34,017 bases of DNA from Folioceros fuciformis (GCA_049999805.1 JBNGIO010006380.1:174769-208785), one strand, 5' to 3'; shown: positions 1 to 10,939, numbered from the stretch's first letter. Made by a program: numbers and translations. Notes: generated from the sequence alone by a model not told the origin.

Positions 1-1115
1 CTTCCAGATTTGCTGGCTGTATCGGTAAGCCATATCTTAGGCAGCCCAGTCTGTCTTCCCTTGAATGTCTTGTTCAGGTCACCTGTGGGCCATGAAGCAA
101 ATGCGCAGCGCGTTTTACGCTTGGGCCACGGCATTGCCCATGGCCACGAGAAAGGCTTCCTGCAACAGAGTGGTATACCAGGAATGGAAGTGATTCCAGC
201 CGACGCTGCCCTTCTTCAGTGTCACCCGTTGAGACCATTTCATGACGGGGAGATCGTAGGATGGCGTTCAGATGGAGATGTGGGCTCACAGTTGAGATAT
301 GGGCGAGTTGTGGAGGATGTACGCGCATCTGCAGGGCAAGCTTTATACAGGCTCCAGGTTGAAACAAGACCAGGAGAGCTCCAGTTCGTCCTCTCCTCTA
401 ATGTGCTTTCATTCAAAGGGACTGCTTCAGCAGTTCAGGACTTCCCTAATCTTTACAACTCGCCCACCTCTGTGGCCCCCAACACTAAGCTTCCCAGTCG
501 ACCAGGAGATCTGGTCAGACCAAACGTGGATGTGGCGATGACAGCTGATCTACCGTTGCAGGTATTGCCCGTTTCTCTCTCGAGTCACAGTAACTCATCA
601 TTTGAAAAGTCGTTCGAAACTCGCTCACCTATCATTATCAACGGCAGGGTCCGATTGAGAACACACCATCAAGCGAAGTCCCTGCTGCCGAAGTAGTGCG
701 GGCTGTGAAGGACATGCTTTCTGCAGTTGGAATGCCAGTTGGTCTCCAGCAACTTACACTGTTGGAGAAAAATTTGAGTTTGCAGGAACAGTTGACCGCT
801 GCTGATACAGCTCTCTCTATAGAGCAGGTCTGTTTCTGCCTTTGATTTCTGTGCCAATTTGCTCATGCCTGTTTTGGGTCCCAAGAGTATCCCTCTTACG
901 TTGGTTATCTCTTGCAGGAGAGAGCAGATGCAGCTGTGAAGGACGCCGAAGCAGCAAAAGCTGCATGGCAATGCAGAGTGTGTCTGAGCGCAGAGGTGGA
1001 CACCACCGTTGTGCCTTGCGGGCATGTTCTATGTCAGAGGTGTGCTGCTGCTGTCAGTCGGTGTCCCTTCTGCCGCCACGCTGTAGCCAAAGCTCTCCGG
1101 CTGTACCGGCCTTGA
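1..1115 (+). CDS. Sacsin-like protein with C-terminal RING (C3HC4) finger, 3' end only. Exons <1-561, 648-827, 918-1115
   Basis: HPLRPFHDGEIVGWR...LRYGRVVEDVRASAGQALYRLQVET, then EVVRAVKDMLSAVG...LQEQL, then WQCRVCL...PCGHVLC..C...CPFCR...RLYRP*. This matches the C-terminus of plant sacsin-like proteins (At5g23110 type). GT-AG introns 562-647 and 828-917 keep the frame. Confidence 0.9.
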
Positions 1116-1551
1116 CGAAAGATTCTTTTTAGTCCAAGACTCCGAGCTACAGAACATATGTACATAGATACAGAATTGTAGAAGGGCCACTGCCAGAGTC
1201 TGTCTATGCATCGGGTTCCGTCTTGATTAATTTCGTCTTTTGCAGTCGAAATGACTGCCGTACTTTAGGTGGGCGGGTGTGTGAACCCGTCTAGCGAAAT
1301 ACAGTCTTTCCCAAAGTGAAATGTGAAAGACGTGCCTTGAAAGAAAGTTCGGTAGGGTGTTCTTCAAGCATCCACCAACAGCTCATTCGAACGCGGCACT
1401 GTTAAGGATAGGTGGACATCGGGATTTGCTCGGCGGAATCATCAAAGGACGCTCAACGCGCAAGGAACGCGCTTTGTCACTTTCCACCTCACGACTGAAT
1501 AAGAGTGTAAGGCATCGCGATAGAGCTGGTGTAGTCCGATTCCATGTTTCC

Positions 1552-3660
1552 ATGGCGCAACCGAGGGTGGTTGTTGGTTTAGATTTCGGGTCGACGTTCT
1601 CAGGATTTGCGTACTCTCATCTGGCTGATCCGCAGGAGATTCACACGTTCTACGAATGGCCGATGCAGGCGAAAGGAGGTGGAAAGCCCTACTGCAAGAC
1701 GCAGACGAGCCTGTACTATGTGCGCAATGCCGGAAAGAGCAGGGCAGGGTCCGATCCCGAGTTTGTGCTCAAGGATTGGGCATGGCCGGCGCAGGTGCAG
1801 TATCTGGAAGCTCTGCAGGCAGCGTCCAAGAATCGGAACCAGCAGGCGGGGGATTCGGGGACGGTTTCGGTCAAAGGCCGGCAAGCTGCGTCCGCCAGTG
1901 CGCGGGATGTCCAGCAGGAGGTAGGCTTTTTCGTAAGAAGGTTTAAGCTGCATTTGGCAAGTGCATCTGACAGGCCGGACTTCAAGGAGTTCTCCCCGAA
2001 TGAATCCTCCTTGACTGAGAAGAAGGTGAAGGGATTAAAGGAGGCGGAGATTGGGTTGAAGAAAATGTTTGGATTTCGATTCCTGAATCCGTTCGCCACT
2101 AGCTCCTCCAAGAAACCGACAGACGTGGAGACAGAAGAGGAGATCAAGCTTGGCCCAGCTCCAGCGGAATCTGCTCTGGTGAAGCGGACGCCGACTGCGA
2201 AGGAGAAGACTGGGAACGTTGTGTATGGCGAGCTTCCGCCTGGCGTGACTCTGGAAAGAGCCATAGCTGACTACCTTGCGAGCATTGCCGCTTTCATCGT
2301 ATCACACTTGCAGAGGACGTACGGCAAGCATCTCTCCAGGAGCGATGTGCAATGGTGTCTGACAGTGCCTGCCATTTGGGACGACAAGGCCAAGCAACAG
2401 ATGAGGTACTGTGCGCAGAGAGCTGGGCTGGTGACGGGGCCTTACTGTCCGCCCGAGATGGCCTACGCTGCCAGCACCTTCCCTCTGATTATAGTTCTGG
2501 AGTCGGAAGCGGCGTCCGTTTACTGCACCAAAAAGTCTAAGCAACTGAGTCTACAAATGGGAGCGCAGTTTCTGGTTGCTGATGTGGGAGGAGGGACGGT
2601 GGACATTGTGGTGCACGTGAAGGAGAGTGATGGGGCTGCTGGAACCAAGATCCGGGAGGTGAAGCAGAGCATGGGGGGACTGTGCGGAGGAACGTTCGTG
2701 GACAGGAATTTCATGGATTTCCTGTCCAGGAAGGTGAGCTGTTTTCCTGCATTTGTGCAGGAGAATCCTTTGGCAATTGCAGCATTGCTGCGGAAATGGG
2801 AGGACTTGAAGTGCAGCTTTGACGGGACCTTTACGTCCGAGTTGGACTTTGAGCTGCCCGTCAAGTTGGCCAAGGCCTGGCAGGTGCACGAAGCGATGGA
2901 GCTAGCTGGCACTGGAAAAACGCCCAGGGAGAGCTACGACGAGATCGAGATCACGAAGCAGGACATGCTCGACATTTTCGACCCTGTGGTGGATCAAATC
3001 CTGAGTCTGATCAAGGATCAAATGTCTCCCAGCATTCAGGTGCTGATGATGGTGGGAGGGTTTTCTGCATCGCCATACTTGATGAAGCGTGTGCACCAGG
3101 CCTTCTCTAAGCAGGTGAAGGAAATCCTGTGCCCTCCGGACCCGGGCAGCGCCATCTGCCAAGGTGCAGTCGTACTAGGGGTGTCGCCTGACATCATTAT
3201 GTCGAGGATTTCACGCAAAACATACGGCATCAACGAGTACAAGGACTTTGTGAAGAACAGGGATCCACCGAACTTGCTTGAAGTTGTGGATGGCAAACCA
3301 AAGTGTAAGGACGTCTTCTGCGTGTTTGTCAGGAAAGGGGAAGAGTTGAGGGTGAATCAGTGTGTGGAGAAAAACAGGTATCCTGTGTATTCAGGGCAGA
3401 AGGTAATAAATGTGAGACTGTACAGCACCGTTGATCCCAACCCACGGTACATCACTGACCCAGGAGTAAAATTGGAAGGATCTTTCATTCTCAACATCCC
3501 CGAGGACACCAACAAGCTTGACACTGGCCGTTGTGTTTCTATCTCGCTTTACTTTGGAAGGTCATGCATCCAAGTCAAGGCAAAGCGTCAAAATTTTGGG
3601 AATACGTCGGAAGTGGTCCAAGGACTTGACAGCATAGAGTTTGTCCATGAAGGAGTTTAA
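1552..3660 (+). CDS. Atypical Hsp70, HSPA12-like family, intronless, 702 aa from ATG 1552
   Basis: Actin-fold ATPase motifs VVGLDFGSTFSGFAY, WCLTVPAIWD, LESEAAS, VADVGGGTVD, CGGTFVD and MVGGFSASPYL, plus the HSPA12-type C-terminal SRISRKTYGI. No EEVD tail. First in-frame ATG is 1552 (the track starts at GTG 1357). Confidence 0.9.
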   Translation: MAQPRVVVGLDFGSTFSGFAYSHLADPQEIHTFYEWPMQAKGGGKPYCKTQTSLYYVRNAGKSRAGSDPEFVLKDWAWPAQVQYLEALQAASKNRNQQAGDSGTVSVKGRQAASASARDVQQEVGFFVRRFKLHLASASDRPDFKEFSPNESSLTEKKVKGLKEAEIGLKKMFGFRFLNPFATSSSKKPTDVETEEEIKLGPAPAESALVKRTPTAKEKTGNVVYGELPPGVTLERAIADYLASIAAFIVSHLQRTYGKHLSRSDVQWCLTVPAIWDDKAKQQMRYCAQRAGLVTGPYCPPEMAYAASTFPLIIVLESEAASVYCTKKSKQLSLQMGAQFLVADVGGGTVDIVVHVKESDGAAGTKIREVKQSMGGLCGGTFVDRNFMDFLSRKVSCFPAFVQENPLAIAALLRKWEDLKCSFDGTFTSELDFELPVKLAKAWQVHEAMELAGTGKTPRESYDEIEITKQDMLDIFDPVVDQILSLIKDQMSPSIQVLMMVGGFSASPYLMKRVHQAFSKQVKEILCPPDPGSAICQGAVVLGVSPDIIMSRISRKTYGINEYKDFVKNRDPPNLLEVVDGKPKCKDVFCVFVRKGEELRVNQCVEKNRYPVYSGQKVINVRLYSTVDPNPRYITDPGVKLEGSFILNIPEDTNKLDTGRCVSISLYFGRSCIQVKAKRQNFGNTSEVVQGLDSIEFVHEGV

Positions 3661-4724
3661 GGTTCAAAACGTGTATTCTCATCCAAGCATCGGACAACTT
3701 GGTATTCAGTTACAATCCATGTGTGAAGTGATACAAGAACCTTTTGCCAACACCGTCCCTACCCAATCCACGTTTGTGCTCCTTGTGTAAGGAGAAACCC
3801 CATCTCCAATGGTCCCGGGACTATGTGGGTTTCTCCAATGGTCCCTTATGTGAGTTGGGAAGAAGCCCCCCATCTCTAGTATTCTTGTGAGGTGTCAAGC
3901 CCCCCATCTCTATGATTGTGTGTTGGTGCTTGATTGTGTGCTGGTGCTTACATGAATGTAAATAATAATTGGTTAATAATTAAATATTTTAATGAATGAT
4001 ATTATTAATTATTAATACTTAATTAATATTGATTAATAATTATTAATTATTTAGGAAAGATTATTATCTAATATAAAGTCAATTAGATAGACACACAATT
4101 AGATGTGTGAATGTGGTTGCAGCAAGTCTTATGTAGCATGCATGTTGTCTACTGCAATTGTAAGTTTGTATTCTCTTACTTTCTAGGAATAGGCTCTCTC
4201 TTGAAGGAGCATTCTTTTGTTGGAAATCCGGTTGAGGTGTGCGTGTGCGCAGTGTGCAAGATCATGTGACTCAATCGAGGATTTGAGAAGCCAAGTTACA
4301 GCTCTAAGAAGTGTGGATGCAGGTGAAGGAGATTTTGTAGTGTCTAAAGGAAGCAAACACTTCACTCTTACAAGTTTACAGCTCCTAGGTAGGCTCGTTG
4401 AAAGAATACGAGTTGCTGAAAGGTTAGATTGAGCTTGGAAGTGTCAACTTTGCAAGCTTGTTGTAAGGCACAAGTTGCTGAAGATCTGAAGTGCTACAAC
4501 TTTTGAGGTTGCAAGGAAGAGCTTTAGCAAGTCGGAAGAAAGAGCAGCAACCTAATCGCCAAGAAGGAGCTGCCCTCAGCTCTGTCAAGGAGGTGGAGAG
4601 CGGGGCGCAGCTCCATTGTGAGGCACGGGCGCAGACCACATACAGCTGACAGCGAGAGCCCCTAGGGGGGCACGGGCGTGGGCGCAGCCCGATTGATTCT
4701 TATAGAAACATAAGACCCAAACCT

Positions 4725-6322
4725 ATGGTGCAGGTCGAGATTGCTCTTTGGCCCAACATGGACCACTAGAGGGTCCGGGCAGGTGAACTACTAGAGAACA
4801 TGGGTCTTGGGTTCATGGCAAAACACTGGAACTACGCAAACCCAGGCCTGGTGCAGGAGTGTGCACAACAGCTGTGGGCTAAGGCGCCGATGAGAGGAAT
4901 CAAGGACAAACCACAAGATTGGGACCTGGACCTGGTCAGAGTGGTGTATGGTGCAACGCGGAGGAAGCTGGAGGGATCATAATTGAATCCCTTCGGAAGC
5001 GCAGCACGGTGGCAACAGCAACAGCGCTATTCAAGGCGGGCATAGGGCGGGAGGCCAATGGTTGACTAACGCGCGAGATGGCGTCTGCTCAGTTCATGGG
5101 CCTAGCCAAATGGCTCCTCTGCTTCCTACAGCATAAGAAGTAGGACTATTTATCCGATCATTTGCTGCTGTTCTTGCATGTGGTGATCAAGGGAAGTAGG
5201 ATCGACTAGGGGAAGATTATTTTTGACAGACTGATCAAGGAGAGGCAAATTCTGACCTCCCTCACTCCTTGGCCATCCTTAATTTCCCCCTTCCTTGTCC
5301 ATCTATATTTCTATGTTAACTACTTACCAGAGTTGGATATTGTGGCTTCCTTGCACATGTGGAAACCTATTAAGGACATCAAGTGGAAGACAGATGAGCC
5401 CAAGGAAGAGGCAAAGACGGAGTCCAGCAACTAGGAATCTGGAGCAACTAGTAGCTCTAAAGAGGAGGTCACCGTCACCAAGAAATGGAAGGTTAGGAGA
5501 AGTAAGAAAACTCCTGCGAAGAGGAAGAAGGCGAATGCGCACATCACCAGGTCTAAATCAAACCTAGCACTGTAGGAGACGGCCAAGAAAACAGAGACCA
5601 AGCAAAAGGCCACCCCATCTGTAGAACCCAAGGAAGAGGCACCGTTGGCGGAAGAGAAGCCTGTTGATGTGGCTGCAAGAGTTTCGGAGAAATTAGGGCT
5701 AACCCCGATGGTGGACCTCTTTCCTAGATGGGAAGAGGTTTTAAAGAGCACCCCTCTGGTGGCGAATTTGCAGACAAAGGAGCTAGCTAGAGTGCGCACC
5801 TTGTTGGGGAAGGGAATATTAGACAGAGGGATGGCTACTGGCGGAACCCCTCAGCAGGTGGATTTACTGGGGTTAACAGCGGCCATGGTCCGGGCACAGG
5901 CGGACATGTTGGATCAGGCCACACTCGTGCTCACTTGGTTGAGCATGCAGGGACAACGAGACGAGGAGGCGTAGGCCAAGCTAGTTGAAGTGGAGGCAAG
6001 ACGGAAACAGCTGGAAGAAGCCCAACAGGCCCTTGACGAAGTAAGAGCTCTAGTACAGGAAGAATTGCACAAGGCACGGGAAGAAGTGCAATCCATGAAG
6101 AACCAACATGAACTGCTCCTGACCCAAGACAAGGAAGGGTGTGAAGCAAATCAGGAAATACAGCAGGAATTGCTGTGGGCACAGGAGCAAGAGGCAGCTG
6201 CAGTGGAGAAGGTCCAGAAGCTAGCGGATTGTTACAAACGGGAACGGGATAAGGCCCGGAGCCGAGTCAAGGGGAATTGTAAAGTCAAACAAAGCTGCAG
6301 GTCCTCGACTGAGGTAGCGTAA
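4725..6322 (+). pseudogene. Degraded ~530-codon ORF, probably a retrotransposon accessory ORF (helical N-terminal domain, Lys/Glu linker, coiled coil)
   Basis: The ATG 4725 frame runs to ~5000. After one frameshift a single frame reads NG*LTREM...RID*GKIIFDRL...ISPFLVHLY...KKTPAKRKK and runs into track ORFs 5645-5974 and 5990-6322, interrupted only by isolated stops. Confidence 0.6.
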
Positions 6323-6949
6323 GCCGCTACTAATACGAGAGAAAAAACAGTAGGATTTCCCGCTACTAGTAGAGGGAAATCCTATCGTGGTCAGGGAAGC
6401 AACGATAGTGAGGACCCGGAATGGATGCTTCTTCTATTGTGTCCAGGTATGGGGGTTAACCCCCTATTATTCGGAGGCAGTCCTGAAGGAGCTCACAAAG
6501 GAAGAGGTAAGAAAGAACCTGTGATGGTCCTTAGTAATAGGCGGCCAGTGGAGGAAGAGAGGACTTGAAGGCGGACTCCACCTATGCCTAGCCAGGAGAG
6601 GTCAGTCAGTAGTGGGAGTGAGGTGGAGATTTTATGGGAGGACATGCATGACCAGCAGCGAGGAAGGAGAGCTTGGGGATTTGGTGGCAGAGGAAGGAGG
6701 GCTAGAAGAACGGATAGGAGGAGGGCATGGCGCTAAGGTAGGCCACGAGTTATTGCATATCAAAAATAAAATTTAGATGAGATTTGGTAAAGATGCTATC
6801 TTTGACATGATGCCACCCGTAATTAAGGGCACCTTTCAAGTTGACTGTTCTTAAACCAGATTTTATGGCAGGTTGTGCCACCCGCTTTGAAAACTTTGTA
6901 CAAAGACGCCTGTTGGTGCCTTTCTAATCAGACAACTCCTTAGACAACT

Positions 6950-6978
6950 TCCCGGTTGAGATCCCCACGTTGTCAAGG
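6950..6978 (-). mobile_element. Candidate LTR 3' end (CCTTGACA) followed by a primer-binding-site-like 18-mer
   Basis: Minus strand reads CCTTGACA-acg-TGGGGATCTCAACCGGGA. Its complement ends in CCA, like a tRNA 3' end. I could not assign the tRNA. Confidence 0.35.
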
Positions 6979-8260
6979 TGGGTAGTGTGTGCGAAAAGCT
7001 CATAGGGGTAGTCGAGAGCGTTGCTCCGCAGCTGGTGGTGAGGGGGATGAATCCGCAAGTTTTGCTGGCACTAGAGAGGAGGTGAAGGATTGGTGTGGGG
7101 TGGGTTTGTAGCTTGCTTGTAATGCTGCTGGGCTGTCCAGAGGTTTCCCCTCCCTTATTCCCTGAACTACCCGCTGTGTTCTGAAATTTCGAGTGTGGAA
7201 GCGTGTGTGCGAAGACGAAGGTTGAAGGGGTGAGTGAAGAGAATGTGTGTGTGAGTAGGGTGAGTTGAGAAGAGAAGAAGAGAAGAAGAGAAGGAGAGAA
7301 GTGTGGCCAAGCACTGAACGCGATGCAAGGTGTGAGGCAGGTGATTGAGATTGAGAAGAACGAACTGAACTCACTGGAAAACTGTATGAAATTGCTAAGA
7401 GATTGGAGATGATTCCTAGAAAAAATCTGGGATATTCCTGGATGTTTGTGGAAGGCTGTTCAAGATTGGAGGAGATTGTGGAGGATTGCTGAAGATTGGT
7501 GGACATTGCGGGAGGATTGGAGACATATGGAACCAGGCCTGTGAGGAACGAGTGTGAGCCAGAGTTTTCGTGTGTGTTTGCATGTGTGGAGAGACTTGCA
7601 TGTGTGTGAGGAAGTGTGGCTGATCCACGGGGTTTTGTTCCCCAAGGATTGGCATCTGCATGTGTGCAGAGCATCCAATAAGACTAGATCTATGAGTCTG
7701 GAAGCCCCTGGGGTAGGAACTCGTGGTGGAAACCTGCAGTGGCGCTTGCACCGGAAAAATACTAGTTAGGGTTTTTGGGTGGGTCCCACCTCGGTCATGG
7801 GAACAACTACCAGTCGCAAAACTACTGACCGTGGTCATAGAGTAGGAACCGAAGTCGTAGAGTAGGGTCCGTGGTAGCTGGGCTAACTAGGGGTAGAGGA
7901 AGTTGAGCTGTTAGGTAGTAGACGTAGTAATGGGTCAGTCATAACTTAGGTAAGGGTCAGTAGCGATAGAAGTTAGAGTTCCTTGGCACAAATCATTCCC
8001 TTGGTAGCGAATCATACAAGTACAACGACATAGAGGGTGAATGTGGGCCTCACGGTGTCCCTGGACACAAGATTTCACTCCACATGATATAAGGCATATA
8101 GAATGAGAGCAAATCCAGGGATTGGGAGTGTCAATAAACTTGATCATTGCCGGGTGGGAATGTCAAGGCATGTCATTGGCAGGAGCAGGAAGGGGATTGT
8201 TGGATCCAAGGTCAGCACTATTCATTGAGTTGCGATTGAGCACTATTCTTTAAATTGCAG

Positions 8261-10939
8261 GAAGAGACACCTATAAGAATGCGGCGTCGTAAGCTCAGCA
8301 AGGCTGAGTGGGACGTTGTGGAAGAAAGGTGCTAGGAACTGCTCAAGGCAGGATTGATCAGGGCCTCAAATCTTGATTGGGCAGCGGCCACTATGTTGCC
8401 GTTAAAGAAGAATGAAGCTGGAGAATGGGTGGACCGATAAATGTGTGGAGATTATCGTTGCTTGAATGCTGTCACTAAATTGCATTGGTATCAAATGCCT
8501 ACTCTTGATGAAATCTTTGATGACATCATAGAGGAGGATCGGTGCAAGACCACATTTTGGGGACGAGATTCATTATATGAATGGCTAAGGATGTCATTTG
8601 GGCTAAAGAATTCTGTTGTGGTGTTGCAACAGAATGCTGATGGTGCATTGGCAGATGTGCCTGAGGCAAGGTGTTATGTGGATGACACATTATCTTCATC
8701 AAGACTTTTGAAGAGCAAATTCAAGTGCTGGAAAAAGTCTTTGCTATGTTGAAGGAATGGGGGCTTAAATGTCATCCTCGTAAGCTTACGTTTGCGTACA
8801 ACAAGGTGTTGTACCTAGGACATGAGATTACTCTAGAGGGAATTTCACCGTACATGGCCAAAGTGTTAGTTATTATCAAAGGTACATACTTAACATGAGT
8901 TCAATTGTGAGGCCATTCACTTGTTAGTTATTATCAAAGTGCTAGCACAAGTTTTTGGGGATGGAGAAGAACACTCTATTGCTTATGCTAATCACAGTAC
9001 GAACGTAGCAAAGGCGAACTATTGTTCTTATGAAGGAGAGTGTCTCGCACTTGTGTGGGCAGTGATGCATTTTCGAGTCTATCTACATGGACGAAGATTC
9101 GAAGTCGTCACAAATCATCAACCATTGCATTGGTTGATGACAAACAATAAGTTGACAGGGAAACTTGCTAGGTGGGCTATGATCTTGCAGGAGTTTGACT
9201 GCACTATGACACATTGTGCAGGGAAGACACATTTAAATGCTAATGCACTATCCAGGAACCCATTGGAAAGTAGCATGTATCTTAATGAGGCGTGACATGA
9301 TTCGATCGTGACATTGCAGGTCATCATTGTTAGTCGCAACTTGGCTAAGCTTGCAACGTATGAACCAAAGGAGGAAGCCTACGTTATGAGGGCCAATTGT
9401 GTTCGAGATGCATGGGTAGATCAATAGTTAATGGATTACATTCGGACTGGCCAGATAGTTGAGGGGACTAGTCAACGGCCTAGGGATCAGCTGCAACATA
9501 GAGCAAAACGATACATGTGGGAAGATAGCAAGTTGTACGTGTTGCAGTTTAATGCTTAGCGTAAGGTGGTGCTAGCACCAACGGAGCGTGAGGCATTAGT
9601 TACGCAAGTGCATGAGCAACTTGGACATTTTGGTATCAATTGCACGTTGAGCATGTTGACGCCAAGATATTGTTGGGCAGGCATGCACAAGCAAGTGCAG
9701 GAGATTGTTGCCTTGTACGAATCATGTGATCAAATCAAGGCAAGATTCATGGCGAATGATGTGGTCTTTCATTCTCTACCTATAAGAGGGATCAAATCAA
9801 GGCAAGATTCATGGCGAATGATGTGGTCTTTCATTCTCTACCTATAAGAGGATTGTTCTACATGTGGGGAGTTGACTTGTTGCCGGAATTTCCAAGGACG
9901 TCGTGAGGAAATCGTCACATGATGTTGATGATTGAGTACTTCTCCAAATAGATTGAAGTTGGTGTCTTTCATGAGAAGACGTTGTACAACACTAGCTAGG
10001 CATTTTTGCAATGTGTGTTGTCAAGGTTTGGTGCATGTGCTGAAGTTGAGACGGATCAGGGAATAGAGTTTAGAGGGGAATTTCATCAACTTATGGATAA
10101 GGTACTCATTGATCATCGTCGCACAAGCAGGGATCATCCGCAAGCAGATGGTTGGCCTGAAAGGGGAGTGCAAACTGTCAAGCATGCCCTACGGAAGTAT
10201 TGCTTGCAAAATAGCACGAAAGATTGGGATGAAGTGGTGCCATACATGTTGCTGGGCTATCGGGTAAGCACTCAAGCCGCACTTGCCAACTTTTCTCTGT
10301 ATTTTCTATTGTTTGGGAGACATCCATAATTGCCTAATGTGCAGCAAGCTAATATGGAAAGACTAATATCATGGCAAGATGTGGATGGTTGCATGAGCGA
10401 GCTGCAAAAAGACGAGCAATGTTGTTTCATCATATAATGCTTATGGCAATGGAAAATAAGGCCATTGAAAATAAGGCCATTGCACAACATAGGGACAGAC
10501 TGCGCTATGCTCATACAAAAGAAGGAAGTTGGAAGCCCAAAGTGCATCGATTTAAACTTGGTGATTACGTATACTTGACTCAACAACCTTCAGATACACT
10601 TGATAGTAGTGTTGGGCGCACAATTCTGTGAGTGGTTGTTGTCAAGGACATTGGGTGGTGGAGCTGGAGGGATTTGACGGACGAAGGTGGCAAGATCATT
10701 TGAAGAACCTAGCTCCTTGACATTTGCTAGATCTGGATCCAAAGCTACGACCTAGCACTTGGATACCACCCAAGGACTTGGAATGCCGCATTTGTAGTCG
10801 CACTAATGAAGAAGATGCTATGCTCTTGTGCTACCGTTGCAATAAAGGGTATCACCTGTTTCGTCTACAGCCACCCTTGCAAGAAGTATCGTAAGAAGAT
10901 TGGTTTTGCCTAGACTGTGCGAAGTTGCCAAAGCCATGA
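8261..10939 (+). mobile_element. Ty3/Gypsy pol pseudogene: RT (~8261-8880), RNase H (~8939-9262), integrase (~9570-10330), C-terminal PHD finger (10784-10918)
   Basis: RT: MCGDYRCLN, KTTFW, MSFGLKN, YVDD, YLGH. RNase H: IAYA..YEGECLALVWAVMHFRVYLHGRRF..KLARWAMILQEFD..NANALSR. Integrase: HEQLGHFG..YESC, WGVDL, TDQGIEF, HPQADGWPER. Domain order RT-RH-INT is Gypsy. Many stops and frameshifts. Confidence 0.95.
9728..9851 (+). repeat. Perfect 62-bp tandem duplication in integrase
   Basis: gatcaaatcaagg...cctataagagg occurs at 9728-9789 and again at 9790-9851. Confidence 0.95.

Noticed and set aside
25-77. Apparent GTAAGC...TTCAG intron in the sacsin-like gene
   Set aside because: Read-through gives VSHILGSPVCLPL, which resembles the family sequence, and removing 53 nt would shift the frame.
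4217-4432. Cys-rich plus coiled-coil ORF (CAQCARSC..IEDLRSQVTAL) as a LINE ORF1 remnant
   Set aside because: Too short; the cysteines derive from a GT-rich tract and no LINE ORF2 follows.
7000-7674. 224-aa Ser/His-rich minus-strand ORF
   Set aside because: Low-complexity translation of GA/GT-rich, LTR-like DNA with no domain motifs and a non-ATG start.
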